Shown here: positions 1 to 10,400 of the stretch, one piece after another
Numbering within the stretch: position 1 is the stretch's first letter
Layout: the number at the start of each line of letters is the position of its first letter
Assembly (NCBI GenBank): GCA_032718475.1
Contig: JAUCBJ010000109.1
Location: 17,592-81,591 of the forward strand
Direction: 5' to 3'
DNA from: Nemertoderma westbladi
Taxonomy: Eukaryota > Animalia > Xenacoelomorpha
Length of the DNA: 64,000 bases
Translations under genes and position numbers: made by a program
The notes under the pieces: generated by a model
Told to the model about the DNA's origin: nothing
What the model saw: only the letters and a program-made list of their open reading frames with translations
The model's database searches: none

Positions 1-21
1 CTGTCAGACTATCAGCGTTTT

Positions 22-1410
22 TTGGGAGATGAAGAGTTGAGGAGAAGGCTAGAGGGACTTAGCCCTAATAGCGAAGGAGCCAAACTTGTGTTAGATGCGA
101 TTGATGTGGATAGGTTAGCGGCGAACCAAGCTAAATTCGATGAACAACTCCGCATCGCTAGAGAAAAGGAAGAACAAGTAAGGAAAAAACGTATAGAAGA
201 CAGAAAGATAGCAGCAGTGGCAGAGGCAGAAAGAAAAGCGGCAGCGGCAGAGGCAAAAGCGGCAGCGGCAGAGGCAAAAGCGGCAGCAGTGGCGGAAGCA
301 GAACGAAAAGCGGCAGCGGCAGAGGCAAAAGCGGCAGTGGCAGAGGCAAAAGCGGCAGCAGTGGCGGAAGCAGAACGAAAAGCGGCAGCGGCAGAGGCAA
401 AAGCGGCAGTGGCAGAGGCAAAAGCGGCAGCAGTGGCGGAAGTAGAACGAAAGGTGGCTGAAGAGATCATCCAACTGGAGTTGGAAAATCTTCAAGAGAA
501 GCAAGACGACTTCAGTAAACAGTTAGCAGCTAGTAATATGCAGATGATGAGTCGATCTACTCCCAAAAGACAGGGGTATACATCATCTGAGGAAGGCGAT
601 ACCACCGACACTGAAGGCGGAGGAAAGCGATCTCGTCTAAGCCGACGTAAAAGAACATTCCACCGTCAGAAATTGCCTGATTTGCCTCCAGCTGTTAGAA
701 GACAACTAAATAACACCAACTTAGGTAGTACAGAACCCACAGACCAAATAATTGAAATAGAAAGACTCCCTACTATAGTAGATGAGCCTGAAATAATTAG
801 GCCTGTTCTTGAAATCACCCCTACGGTGATAGACACACCTGTGCTCCCTGAAGCTACCTATAAATTCCCTCTGCATAGCACTAAGCTACCTGTGCCCCGT
901 AGAACTGCCCAAGAGACAGTTCAGGTCCTGGACCCCGAGCGAAGTATTCATGATTTGTCGCCCGTTGTCCCTCATCTGCCCGCTACGACGTTGGCGGATC
1001 CCGTTTCGGCGGTTGATTGGGTAGACGAGAGACGGCGGGGGATGGATATTCTCCTCGGAGAGATGAAGGAGAATCGGATACGCTCCTCCCAACAGGTCCG
1101 AGAGTTGGAAGGGACTGTCCAACATTTAAAGGGAACAGTGAGGGAAAGTAAGTTAGAGTTGCAAGAAGTGCAGCAAATTATCGCGTTAGAACGCGATAAA
1201 TTAGTAAACTTACAAAAGGGTATACCACCACCCTCTGTAACAATGTGTCAACCTGTTAGGTCTGAAGTACCACATGCGCAAGGTGTGGAGCCTACACGCA
1301 TCTATACTGCTAGCGAAGTAGAAACTCCTATAGTGAACCCTATTAAGGGTAATTATATACCTGTTGATAATGACATTCCCTATAGAACTGATCATAATCC
1401 GAGAAATTGA
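22..1410 (+). CDS. gag: Gag N-terminal region (partial) with Ala/Glu/Lys helical repeat
   Basis: Homologous to the corresponding part of ORF 53478-58121; ends at a TGA where copy 2 has TTA (Leu); in frame with ORF 1441-3903. Confidence 0.8.
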   Translation: MGDEELRRRLEGLSPNSEGAKLVLDAIDVDRLAANQAKFDEQLRIAREKEEQVRKKRIEDRKIAAVAEAERKAAAAEAKAAAAEAKAAAVAEAERKAAAAEAKAAVAEAKAAAVAEAERKAAAAEAKAAVAEAKAAAVAEVERKVAEEIIQLELENLQEKQDDFSKQLAASNMQMMSRSTPKRQGYTSSEEGDTTDTEGGGKRSRLSRRKRTFHRQKLPDLPPAVRRQLNNTNLGSTEPTDQIIEIERLPTIVDEPEIIRPVLEITPTVIDTPVLPEATYKFPLHSTKLPVPRRTAQETVQVLDPERSIHDLSPVVPHLPATTLADPVSAVDWVDERRRGMDILLGEMKENRIRSSQQVRELEGTVQHLKGTVRESKLELQEVQQIIALERDKLVNLQKGIPPPSVTMCQPVRSEVPHAQGVEPTRIYTASEVETPIVNPIKGNYIPVDNDIPYRTDHNPRN

Positions 1411-1440
1411 TATACCGATAACTCGATATTAAATAACACG

Positions 1441-3903
1441 ATGGCCCAAGAAAGTTTTACGCGTCAAATGGCTAGAACCGAAGCCCGGCAAGCGGTAAAG
1501 GTGGGAGAGATCGTCAAGTTCAATGGAGATGAGATGAAATGGTTACCTTTTAATGAATATTATAAAGATAACATACAGAACTCTGTACTATCTAACGGAG
1601 AGAAACTTAGATTCCTCATCGAATGTTTGGAAGGACCTCCCAAGTCAATGGCGTTAAAATTTATTGGACATCCAGATGGATTAAGACAAGTTTGGGATAC
1701 ACTAAACATCAGGTATGGTAATAGGACTAACATAGCTAGGTATTTATATGCGAAATTAATGGCGCCCCGAAAGTTTCTTAGCAGCGGGATTATAGAGTTT
1801 TCCGATGAGATTCAGGAGATCTGTAGACAACTAGATTGGTTAGGTAAGTCTCATGAATACCAGAATTCTATGGTTGTAGGAGCCTTAGCATCTACTTTGC
1901 CCAAGGGTGGAGTAGGTACACGCTGGGACAAGAAGGTGTTATATATGATGGAACAACAACAACGAGACCCTACCATGGCTGATCTCATGTCATTCTTAGA
2001 TGGAGAAGTGAAATTACAGCTCCTAAGACAGTCCAGAGAGAAGACACTGGAAAACAAGGTAAGTGAGAAACCCGTCTCCAGAAGAAAGGTAACACCAGTG
2101 TGTTATACCGACGACGGCGAAAGCCAAGCTTCCCAAGGGGAGGATAGCGGGAAAGACACTGAAAGATCTTATTATGTCAATAAAATGCCTAAAGATCAGG
2201 TAAGTAAATCCAAGTCTCGACCCAATGACAGAAGGGAACCGGTACAAAAAACCCTTCCTACGTCTCCTAAAAGAATTCAGGTGAGAAAGCCCGAGGAAAG
2301 AACAAGTGTGCACCACATAGCACAGGTTAAAGTAAGTAACATCAAGCCGAAATGTGTGCTGTGCGACGGGCCCCACCGTTTAAATGCGTGTGATAAATTC
2401 CTGAGGAAATCACTCGAGGATAGACGTGAAGTCATGTGGGATAAGCGGTTGTGTTATAATTGCCTCAGACGAGGACACCAACGGCGAACCTGTTACTCCG
2501 ACGCAAGGTGTGCAAAGTGCGGCGCAAAACATCATATCTTGTTGCACACGGAATTCGAACGAAACAGCCCGAGTCAGGTAAGTGAGTCCGAACTACATGT
2601 CCAATTCAGTGATGTGAACGACACTGATCAATCTGAGATGGAAGGATTCTATACGGACGAGTTCTCCGACGAAAACGAATCCTGTTACTTAATAAACACC
2701 ACCGCAGTGTATCGAGCACTCATGTATGAGAAAGACACAGACAGCGACCTCACCCTAACTACTTCAGATCAACAACCATCTTGGAAAGCGCCAACTTCCA
2801 ATATAGGAATCCGAGAATTTCCTGTAGTCCAGTTACGGGTCCACGGACCTCAGAAGAGCTATATAGTGAACGCCCTCCTGGACTCCGGTAGCACAGGAAC
2901 ATTCATCGATAAAGAACTAGCCGAAGTCATCTTTGCTGGACAACCCAAGTTCCGAACCAAGCTAAACATGTCAGGGATCATGCAGGTTTGGAATTCTACT
3001 GTAGCTGCCGACTATTATATAGGTGAGTTGTCCACTCCACAGGATAAACTAGGAGAATACAGTATAAGGTCAGTAAAAATGGTGGCAATAAAGAACTTCG
3101 CTACCACCCAAGTTGAACCTTATAATTGGGACGAAGATGATCATGTCCAACAACTTAACATCCCTAGATTCGACACCGATTATCCTGGAGTACAAATATT
3201 AATCGGTCAAAACGCGCATGAGGCGCTGGAGACATTAGAGAAACGACCTACTCAACCGCAACCACTTCAGACCTATGCGGTAAGAACTAGAGTAGGTTGG
3301 TACCTTACTGGACCTTCCCGTAGAACGCTCAGGGAAAGACTGCTTCAAGATCGCGTCTGCCAGGTGAGTGAATGGGAAGACGATACTAGTGAGGGAGACG
3401 ACCCAACTGAGGGAACACCACACTCCTCAGATAATGACAATCTTAACTCCAATGTAGATCAATGGAGATATTGCCCCAAGACGATGAATACAGCCGACAT
3501 CTCTTCCAGAGGAGCAACTCCTCAAGAACTGACAGATACTACAGACCGGTTAGGTGAACCCGACTTCCTGAGTAAGGAGGATGAATGGCCTCCCCATCTT
3601 ACTCCGACTGAGATTAGACCAGCCAAGGGAGCGGAGAAAGTCAAACCAAAAACCCGGACGGGTGGAGCGGAGTTATTTGAACCCGGGATAGATCTGTCGG
3701 TATTACATATTGCCAGGGACGACGCCGTGGATCTGGACCTCCCCACCGCGAGTGGATCGTTCATGAAGATCAGAGAGAGCGATTGGAGCTCTGGAACATC
3801 AGACGTCTCGCAGGGACTCTCAGACAAGTTCTGGAATAAATTGGTGCCCATCTCAAATATTAATTATTTAATATTTGCAAATCTAATAAATCAAAATCTG
3901 TAA
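1441..3903 (+). CDS. gag-pro: BEL/Pao Gag core + zinc knuckles + aspartic protease + RNase H-tail remnant
   Basis: KFNGD..W..F / LSNGEKLRFL..CLEG Gag motif; CVLCDGPHRLNAC, CYNCLRRGHQRRTC and CAKCGAKHH knuckles; ALLDSGS; QWRYCPKTMNTADISSRG...PDFL...EWP. Confidence 0.85.
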   Translation: MAQESFTRQMARTEARQAVKVGEIVKFNGDEMKWLPFNEYYKDNIQNSVLSNGEKLRFLIECLEGPPKSMALKFIGHPDGLRQVWDTLNIRYGNRTNIARYLYAKLMAPRKFLSSGIIEFSDEIQEICRQLDWLGKSHEYQNSMVVGALASTLPKGGVGTRWDKKVLYMMEQQQRDPTMADLMSFLDGEVKLQLLRQSREKTLENKVSEKPVSRRKVTPVCYTDDGESQASQGEDSGKDTERSYYVNKMPKDQVSKSKSRPNDRREPVQKTLPTSPKRIQVRKPEERTSVHHIAQVKVSNIKPKCVLCDGPHRLNACDKFLRKSLEDRREVMWDKRLCYNCLRRGHQRRTCYSDARCAKCGAKHHILLHTEFERNSPSQVSESELHVQFSDVNDTDQSEMEGFYTDEFSDENESCYLINTTAVYRALMYEKDTDSDLTLTTSDQQPSWKAPTSNIGIREFPVVQLRVHGPQKSYIVNALLDSGSTGTFIDKELAEVIFAGQPKFRTKLNMSGIMQVWNSTVAADYYIGELSTPQDKLGEYSIRSVKMVAIKNFATTQVEPYNWDEDDHVQQLNIPRFDTDYPGVQILIGQNAHEALETLEKRPTQPQPLQTYAVRTRVGWYLTGPSRRTLRERLLQDRVCQVSEWEDDTSEGDDPTEGTPHSSDNDNLNSNVDQWRYCPKTMNTADISSRGATPQELTDTTDRLGEPDFLSKEDEWPPHLTPTEIRPAKGAEKVKPKTRTGGAELFEPGIDLSVLHIARDDAVDLDLPTASGSFMKIRESDWSSGTSDVSQGLSDKFWNKLVPISNINYLIFANLINQNL

Positions 3904-4650
3904 AATTCAGATCCTTCAACAATTCTAGTCAATTAAGATATCGTAGCATTTACCGATATTCTTAAAAAGACAATTGTCATAGAATTAAGGATCTTGTGTC
4001 CCCAGACATGTTCTAGAATCAAAATATGTCAATTTAATTATCAAATAATAAAATTTCAGGGAATAAATTTAAATTCATGCCTTTTAATGAATTTAATAAA
4101 TTGCCATTTTTACGCAATTTATAACATTCCCAAAAATTCCATTAATTAATAGATCAAGGGAGCGGAGATTTATCTTATTATGCGTATGAGAGTGCGAAAG
4201 TCTCCCAAACATAGTCAATAGCCGATAAAATTCATAAAGTCATGTATAAAACAGGACATTGACTATTAAAGAATTACTATTAAATAACATCCCAGATCTG
4301 TATGCATTGGAATTACCCTAATTCTACCGCTAGCTTTACATAATGTCACCATAGCAACAACCACGCTAGAATTAGAATTGAGTTAAAAGAACAATAGAAA
4401 GCTTGTCCCATTGAATAGCATAGGGAATAAATAGCGCACTGCTAGTATCCAAGGATACATAATAATACAGTGACATTCTGGAAGGCATTGACTAACAGAC
4501 AAATGGCCCGAGTGTGTAATTTGTGACAAGTTGTGTGTGTGGTATTTGTGAGTTTATAGGCGAATGTTACTACTAAGGTGTGTTTACAGTAGCGAGTCGC
4601 AATTGTGAAAGTAACCCTAACTCTCCAGTAAGAACCTGAGGTGTATCTAA

Positions 4651-4773
4651 GCCTTTGGGACGGACAGTCGAGTGACTTGTGCCGGTTGTCGTTGTCGTTG
4701 TGCGGCTACGTCGTTGGCGAAAGTACAGCGGCGACGACACATCGGTGCTGAGGATCTCGCACTGTCCGGGGGC
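4651..4773 (+). promoter_or_regulatory. Conserved long RNA stem-loop upstream of accessory ORF (copy 1)
   Basis: GGACAGT/ACTGTCC and TGTCGTTGTCG/CGGCGACGACA arms; pairing preserved in copy 2. Confidence 0.6.
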
Positions 4774-4850
4774 TGATTGGGGTAGGCAGCGACGCTCGCT
4801 AGCCTAAATATAAACTCATTATAATATTAGTAAACTCATATATAGCAGAT

Positions 4851-6174
4851 ATGACGGAGTTGATCGAAGATGGTCTTGGTATCGGGGAGCGATATACTCT
4901 ACTTTCAAACGTTGGTTGATAGCTTGATACGCGGTGATACTAGTCCAACTACTACGAAGGATGATGGTCGTTATATTGAACCTACGATTTCCTGGAAGTA
5001 ACTTACGCGTGAATTGGACTATGGAAAATTCACCGCTCGCTACACGCATAGTAATGGTATGTATATGGACTTCTTAACCATTGGCCATTCTATCGATTTA
5101 CACGATACGGACTATGTCGAACATATCCTACCCAGAGGAGTTGAAACGATAAACCAAAATTCTAATGCGAAAATCCTATTCGAAATCGACTCGAAAGAAA
5201 AGACATTAAAGAAACAAATAAACGCGGTAACTCCAACATATATTTGGAATTCTTGATCATTGTAACAACAAATAAATATCATCCGCGTTTCCCCTACCTG
5301 ACGTGCGTCTTTGGTATTATTACGATAAATGCCCTAGACCCAGCCAATAAACGGAAAGACATAAACATCCACGGAAACGTTGTGTTAAACACCGTTGTGC
5401 TCGTTATATTTACTGGAGTTTCGAGCGAAACTTGTTTGACGTATCACCTATGCTCACTCAGTTCGAACGATCCTGGAGTAAACCTACGATCAGAGTCCCG
5501 GAATACTCGGTCAAACCTCCTCATTCCTTAGTTGGACCTCAGACCTGCGATCCTGGTGGTGTCGCGGATCCTCGCGGACTGTATTCACTGTTCAAAGATC
5601 TAGTGCTACCCTAACAATTAATCGGTAACACTCCGACAGTGATTTCTAGCTAGCTGCCCATCTTACTTAGCCGGATTGTGACGCGGACACCTAATATCAC
5701 TATCCAACCGTATGGTCGTCCCCGTTTAACGCGATACAACCCTTCATCAAGGTGAAGGAGAGCGTTGTACGAAACGAGTTAAACGCTATTCTATAAAGAT
5801 CAAAAAAGACACCTGCGTTTGTTCAGATAAACGTAAGTTATAACAGTAAGTCCAATCGATAAACGAATTGGCCTTATCTCAGTTCGATTGGGAAATCTCG
5901 AATCTCTAAGAAGATATCAAGCTTAGAAAACCCTATTCTCTGCGAGAGTTTTGGACGAACGTATCCCATGATAAGCGGAGGAAAATCAGCTCGAGGAGAA
6001 GCATATCGAAATGGACGAGACACCGACCGTAAACCCAAACCTTCTAATGCAATCATATTGCACCCTTCACCCAGGAGTTATGGCCCTCCTAGTAAAGTGG
6101 CTCCCCCCAAAGAGAAAAAGACTCTGGCTAACTTTAAAAAACTGCGTAAACGCCGTCCGCGCAAGAAAGACTAA
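4851..6174 (+). pseudogene. Decayed 3' accessory ORF of BEL copy 1
   Basis: Starts MTELIED as in copy 2; frameshifts and stops; ends with the shared AIILHPSPRSY...FKKLRKRRPRKKD. Confidence 0.7.
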
Positions 6175-6252
6175 CTGTTTAGAGTATCTTTATATTTTAG
6201 AAACTGTGATTTGTTATATTTTATAGACTTAAATCCCATTTTCTGGGAGCGG

Positions 6253-7496
6253 TGTAAAAGCTTTTGCGTAATTAGCCGGTTATTATCCCCGTAAAGTACT
6301 CTGTGGTTGGTTTACCAGGCATAAAAAGGCCGTGTCCTTGCTGTACTGGTGTTTTGGAGGACATAAAAGCCATTTCTTCTGTATTTGTACTTTAGAGGAC
6401 ATAATCTGTAATTTCGTGACGTAAAAAGCTCGATACTCTTGAAAACAGTGTCGCTACCATGACGATGGCTAACGGCTGATATTGCCACGTTGCCCCATAG
6501 CCCTGCTTTCTGTATCTGCCAATAGGATTTGAGTTGGCTTTGATTTTGACCTATCACAGAGCTACTGAACTGAATTTTCCTATCTCACTGCTCTTTCTCT
6601 GTGTTGGACGGGAGCTTCGTGGAATAAGGGTAGCTGGTATTCTTATAGTTATTCTTTTCAGTGTTGTTGGTGATTCTAAGCCAGGAAGAACGGCTTTGGA
6701 GTATTTTGTGCTTTTCTGCTTTAGCCCTACACTAGTAGGCTTAATTATAAGGACATATATCCGTTATCTGCATACTGCAGTACTGCATACACTGCATACT
6801 GTGTAACACTGTGCATACTTTTATATTGTTATACTGCTATTTACTGTCAGTTCTTCATAATATGGTTGATGAATTATTATATTTGGAATAACGACAAATA
6901 ACCCCGAAAACCCAATATTCTTGATATACCGAAGGTAAGAGAGAAGGGTTACAGATAAATGATTGCGACCTATGTTGAGTGGTTTGAAGTGAATCTAATG
7001 TTATTTGATAGACCCTACATGATTCGGTCCGTGTTCCTTTTATATGTGACTAAAATCAGTGAAGATCGGCAGATTAGTGTGCAGTATTGTGCAGCATTGT
7101 GTATGAGTGAGACTGATAACGAAGCATTTCCTAAAGAATGCGCCATATATGTGAATTGTAACTAAGCCATATCGTTGTGAGTAGTTTAAGTCATAACTCT
7201 GTTTATATAGATAGAGCGCCACGTCCTAAAGGAACTGTTAATATTTCCCGAAGGTGAATAATATTGTCAGAGATTATATAATACTGTCAGTCGAATAATA
7301 CATTAGGCTTACATAGCAATACGATTAAGCTGTCGAAATCAATCTCCCGGGTATATCCAACGGGTGAATGATCGCGCACAGATTGGTTTCAACTAGTGTA
7401 GTGAATCAAATACTTGTTAGAGGCTAAAGCGATTTATTATCTAGAAGACATCCTAATTTGGCGGGTTAAACTGCCAAAGGTCTGAAAGCGCGAACA
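6253..7496 (+). repeat. 3' LTR of BEL copy 1
   Basis: Starts TGTAAAAGCTTTTG after GGGAGCGG; ends GCGCGAACA; shares termini and internal blocks with the copy 2 LTRs. Confidence 0.9.
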
Positions 7497-10400
7497 TATG
7501 TAGATGTGGTGATTTACCTTACTACAGTAGTAATCCATCTAACAGCTATATAGATGTGGTGGCTTACCTTACTACAGTAGTACTCCATCACCAACTATGT
7601 AGATGTGGTGGTTTACCTTACTACAGTAGTACTCCATCAACAGCTATGTAGATGTGGTGGCTTACCTTACTACAGTAGTACTCCATCAACAGCTATGTAG
7701 ATGTGGTGGTTTACATTACTACAGTAGTACTCCATCAACAGCTATGTAGATGTGGTGACTTACCTTACTACAGTAGTACTCCATCAACAGCTATGTAGAT
7801 GTGGTGACTTACCTTACTACAGTAGTACTCTATCAACAGCTATGTAGATGTGGTGGCTTACCTTACTACAGTAGTACTCCATCAACAACTATGTACTTAT
7901 GTAGATGTGGTGGCTTACCTTACTACAGTAGTACTCCATCAACAGCTATGTAGATGTGGTGATTTACCTTACTACAGTAGTACTCCATCTAACAGCTCTA
8001 TAGATGTGGTGGCTTACCTTACTACAGTAGTACTCCATCACCAACTATGTAGACGTGGTGGCTTACCTTACTACAGTAGTACTCCATCAACAGCTATGTA
8101 GATGTGGTGGCTTACCTTACTACAGTAGTACTCCATCAACAGCTATGTAGATGTGGTGGTTTACATTACTACAGTAGTACTCCATCAACAGCTATGTAGA
8201 TGTGGTGGTTTACCTGACTACAGTAGTACTCCATCACCAGCTATGTAGACGTGGTGGTTTACCTTACTACAGTAGTACTCCATCAACAGCTATGTATAGA
8301 TGTGGTGACTTGCCTTACTACAGTAGTACTCCATCTACAGCTATATGTAGATGTGGTGGTTTACCTTACTACAGTTAGTAGTACTCCACCTACAGCTATA
8401 TGTAGATGTGGTGGCTTATCTTACTACAGTAGTACTCCATCAACAGCTATGTAGATGTGGTGGTTTACCTTACTACAGTAGTACTCCATCTACAGCTATA
8501 TGTAGATGTGGTGGTTTACCTTACTACAGTAGTACTCCATCAACAGCTATGTAGATGTGGTGACTTACCTTACTACAGTAGTACTCCATCAACAGCTATG
8601 TAGATGTGGTGGCTTACCTTACTACAGTAGTACTCCATCAACAGCTATGTAGATGTGGTGGCTTACCTTACTACAGTAGTACTCCATCAACAGCTATGTA
8701 GATGTGGTGGTTTACCTTACTACAGTAGTACTCCATCAACAGCTATGTAGATGTGGTGGTTTACCTGACTACAGTAGTACTCCATCACCAGCTATGTAGA
8801 CGTGGTGGTTTACCTTACTACAGTAGTACTCCATCAACAGCTATGTATAGATGTGGTGACTTGCCTTACTACAGTAGTACTCCATCTACAGCTATATGTA
8901 GATGTGGTGGTTTACCTTACTACAGTTAGTAGTACTCCACCTACAGCTATATGTAGATGTGGTGGCTTATCTTACTACAGTAGTACTCCATCAACAGCTA
9001 TGTAGATGTGGTGGTTTACCTTACTACAGTAGTACTCCATCTTCAGCTATATGTAGATGTGGTGGTTTACCTTACTACAGTAGTACTCCATCAACAGCTA
9101 TGTAGATGTGGTGACTTACCTTACTACAGTAGTACTCCATCAACAGCTATGTAGATGTGGTGGCTTACCTTACTACAGTAGTACTCCATCAACAGCTATG
9201 TAGATGTGGTGGTTTACCTTACTACAGTAGTACTCCATCAACAGCTATGTAGATGTGGTGGTTTACCTTACTACAGTAGTACTCCATCAACAGCTATGTA
9301 GATGTGGTGGTTTACCTTACTACAGTAGTACTCCATCAACAGCTATGTAGATGTGGTGGTTTACCTTACTACAGTAGTACTCCATCTACAGCTATGTAGA
9401 TGTGGTGACTTACCTTACTACAGTAGTACTCCATCAACAGCTATGTAGATGTGGTGGTTTACCTTACTACAGTAGTACTCCATCAACAGCTATGTAGATG
9501 TGGTGGTTTACCTTACTACAGTAGTACTCCATCAACAGCTATGTAGATGTGGTGGTTTACCTGACTACAGTAGTACTCCATCACCAGCTATGTAGACGTG
9601 ATGGTTTACCTTACTACAGTAGTACTCCATCAACAGCTATGTATAGATATGGTGACTTGCCTTACTACAGTAGTACTCCATCTACAGCTATATGTAGATG
9701 TGGTGGTTTACCTTACTACAGTAGTACTCCATCACCAGCTATGTAGACGTGGTGGTTTACCTTACTACAGTAGTACTCCATCAACAGCTATGTATAGATA
9801 TGGTGACTTGCCTTACTACAGTAGTACTCCATCTACAGCTATATGTAGATGTGGTGGTTTACCTTACTACAGTAGTACTCCATCACCAGCTATGTAGACG
9901 TGGTGGTTTACCTTACTACAGTAGTACTCCATCAACAGCTATGTATAGATGTGGTGACTTGCCTTACTACAGTAGTACTCCATCTACAGCTATGTAGATG
10001 TGGTGGTTTACCTTACTACAGTAGTACTCAATCAACAGCTATGTATAGATGTGGTGACTTGCCTTACTACAGTAGTGCTCCATCTACAGCTATGTAGATG
10101 TGGTGGTTTACCTTACTACAGTTAGTAGTACTCCACCTACAGCTATATGTAGATGTGGTGGCTTATCTTACTACAGTAGTACTCCATCAACAGCTATGTA
10201 GATGTGGTGGTTTACCTTACTACAGTAGTACTCCATCTACAGCTATATGTAGATGTGGTGGTTTACCTTACTACAGTAGTACTCCATCAACAGCTATGTA
10301 GATGTGGTGACTTACCTTACTACAGTAGTACTCCATCAACAGCTATGTAGATGTGGTGGCTTACCTTACTACAGTAGTACTCCATCAACAGCTATGTAGA

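Larger units (their letters stand above)
1..7496 (+). mobile_element. Non-autonomous BEL/Pao LTR retrotransposon, copy 1 (5' part outside window)
   Basis: BEL-type Gag with three Cys/His knuckles and LLDSGS protease; PPT-like GGGAGCGG then a TGT...ACA LTR; collinear with the complete element at 49108-62472. Confidence 0.9.

Noticed and set aside
12-504. Antisense low-complexity ORFs
   Set aside because: Shadows of the Gag Ala/Glu/Lys repeat
1408-1410. Programmed stop-codon readthrough in gag
   Set aside because: Copy 2 has TTA here, so a point mutation is the simpler explanation
4748-4754. Hammerhead ribozyme (CTGAGGA) in the hairpin
   Set aside because: Copy 2 has CTGAGAA, and no correctly placed GAAA or three-way junction is present
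7213-7250. HDV-like ribozyme in the conserved LTR block GCGCCACGTCCTAAAGG
   Set aside because: No P3-closing strand or nested pseudoknot could be built
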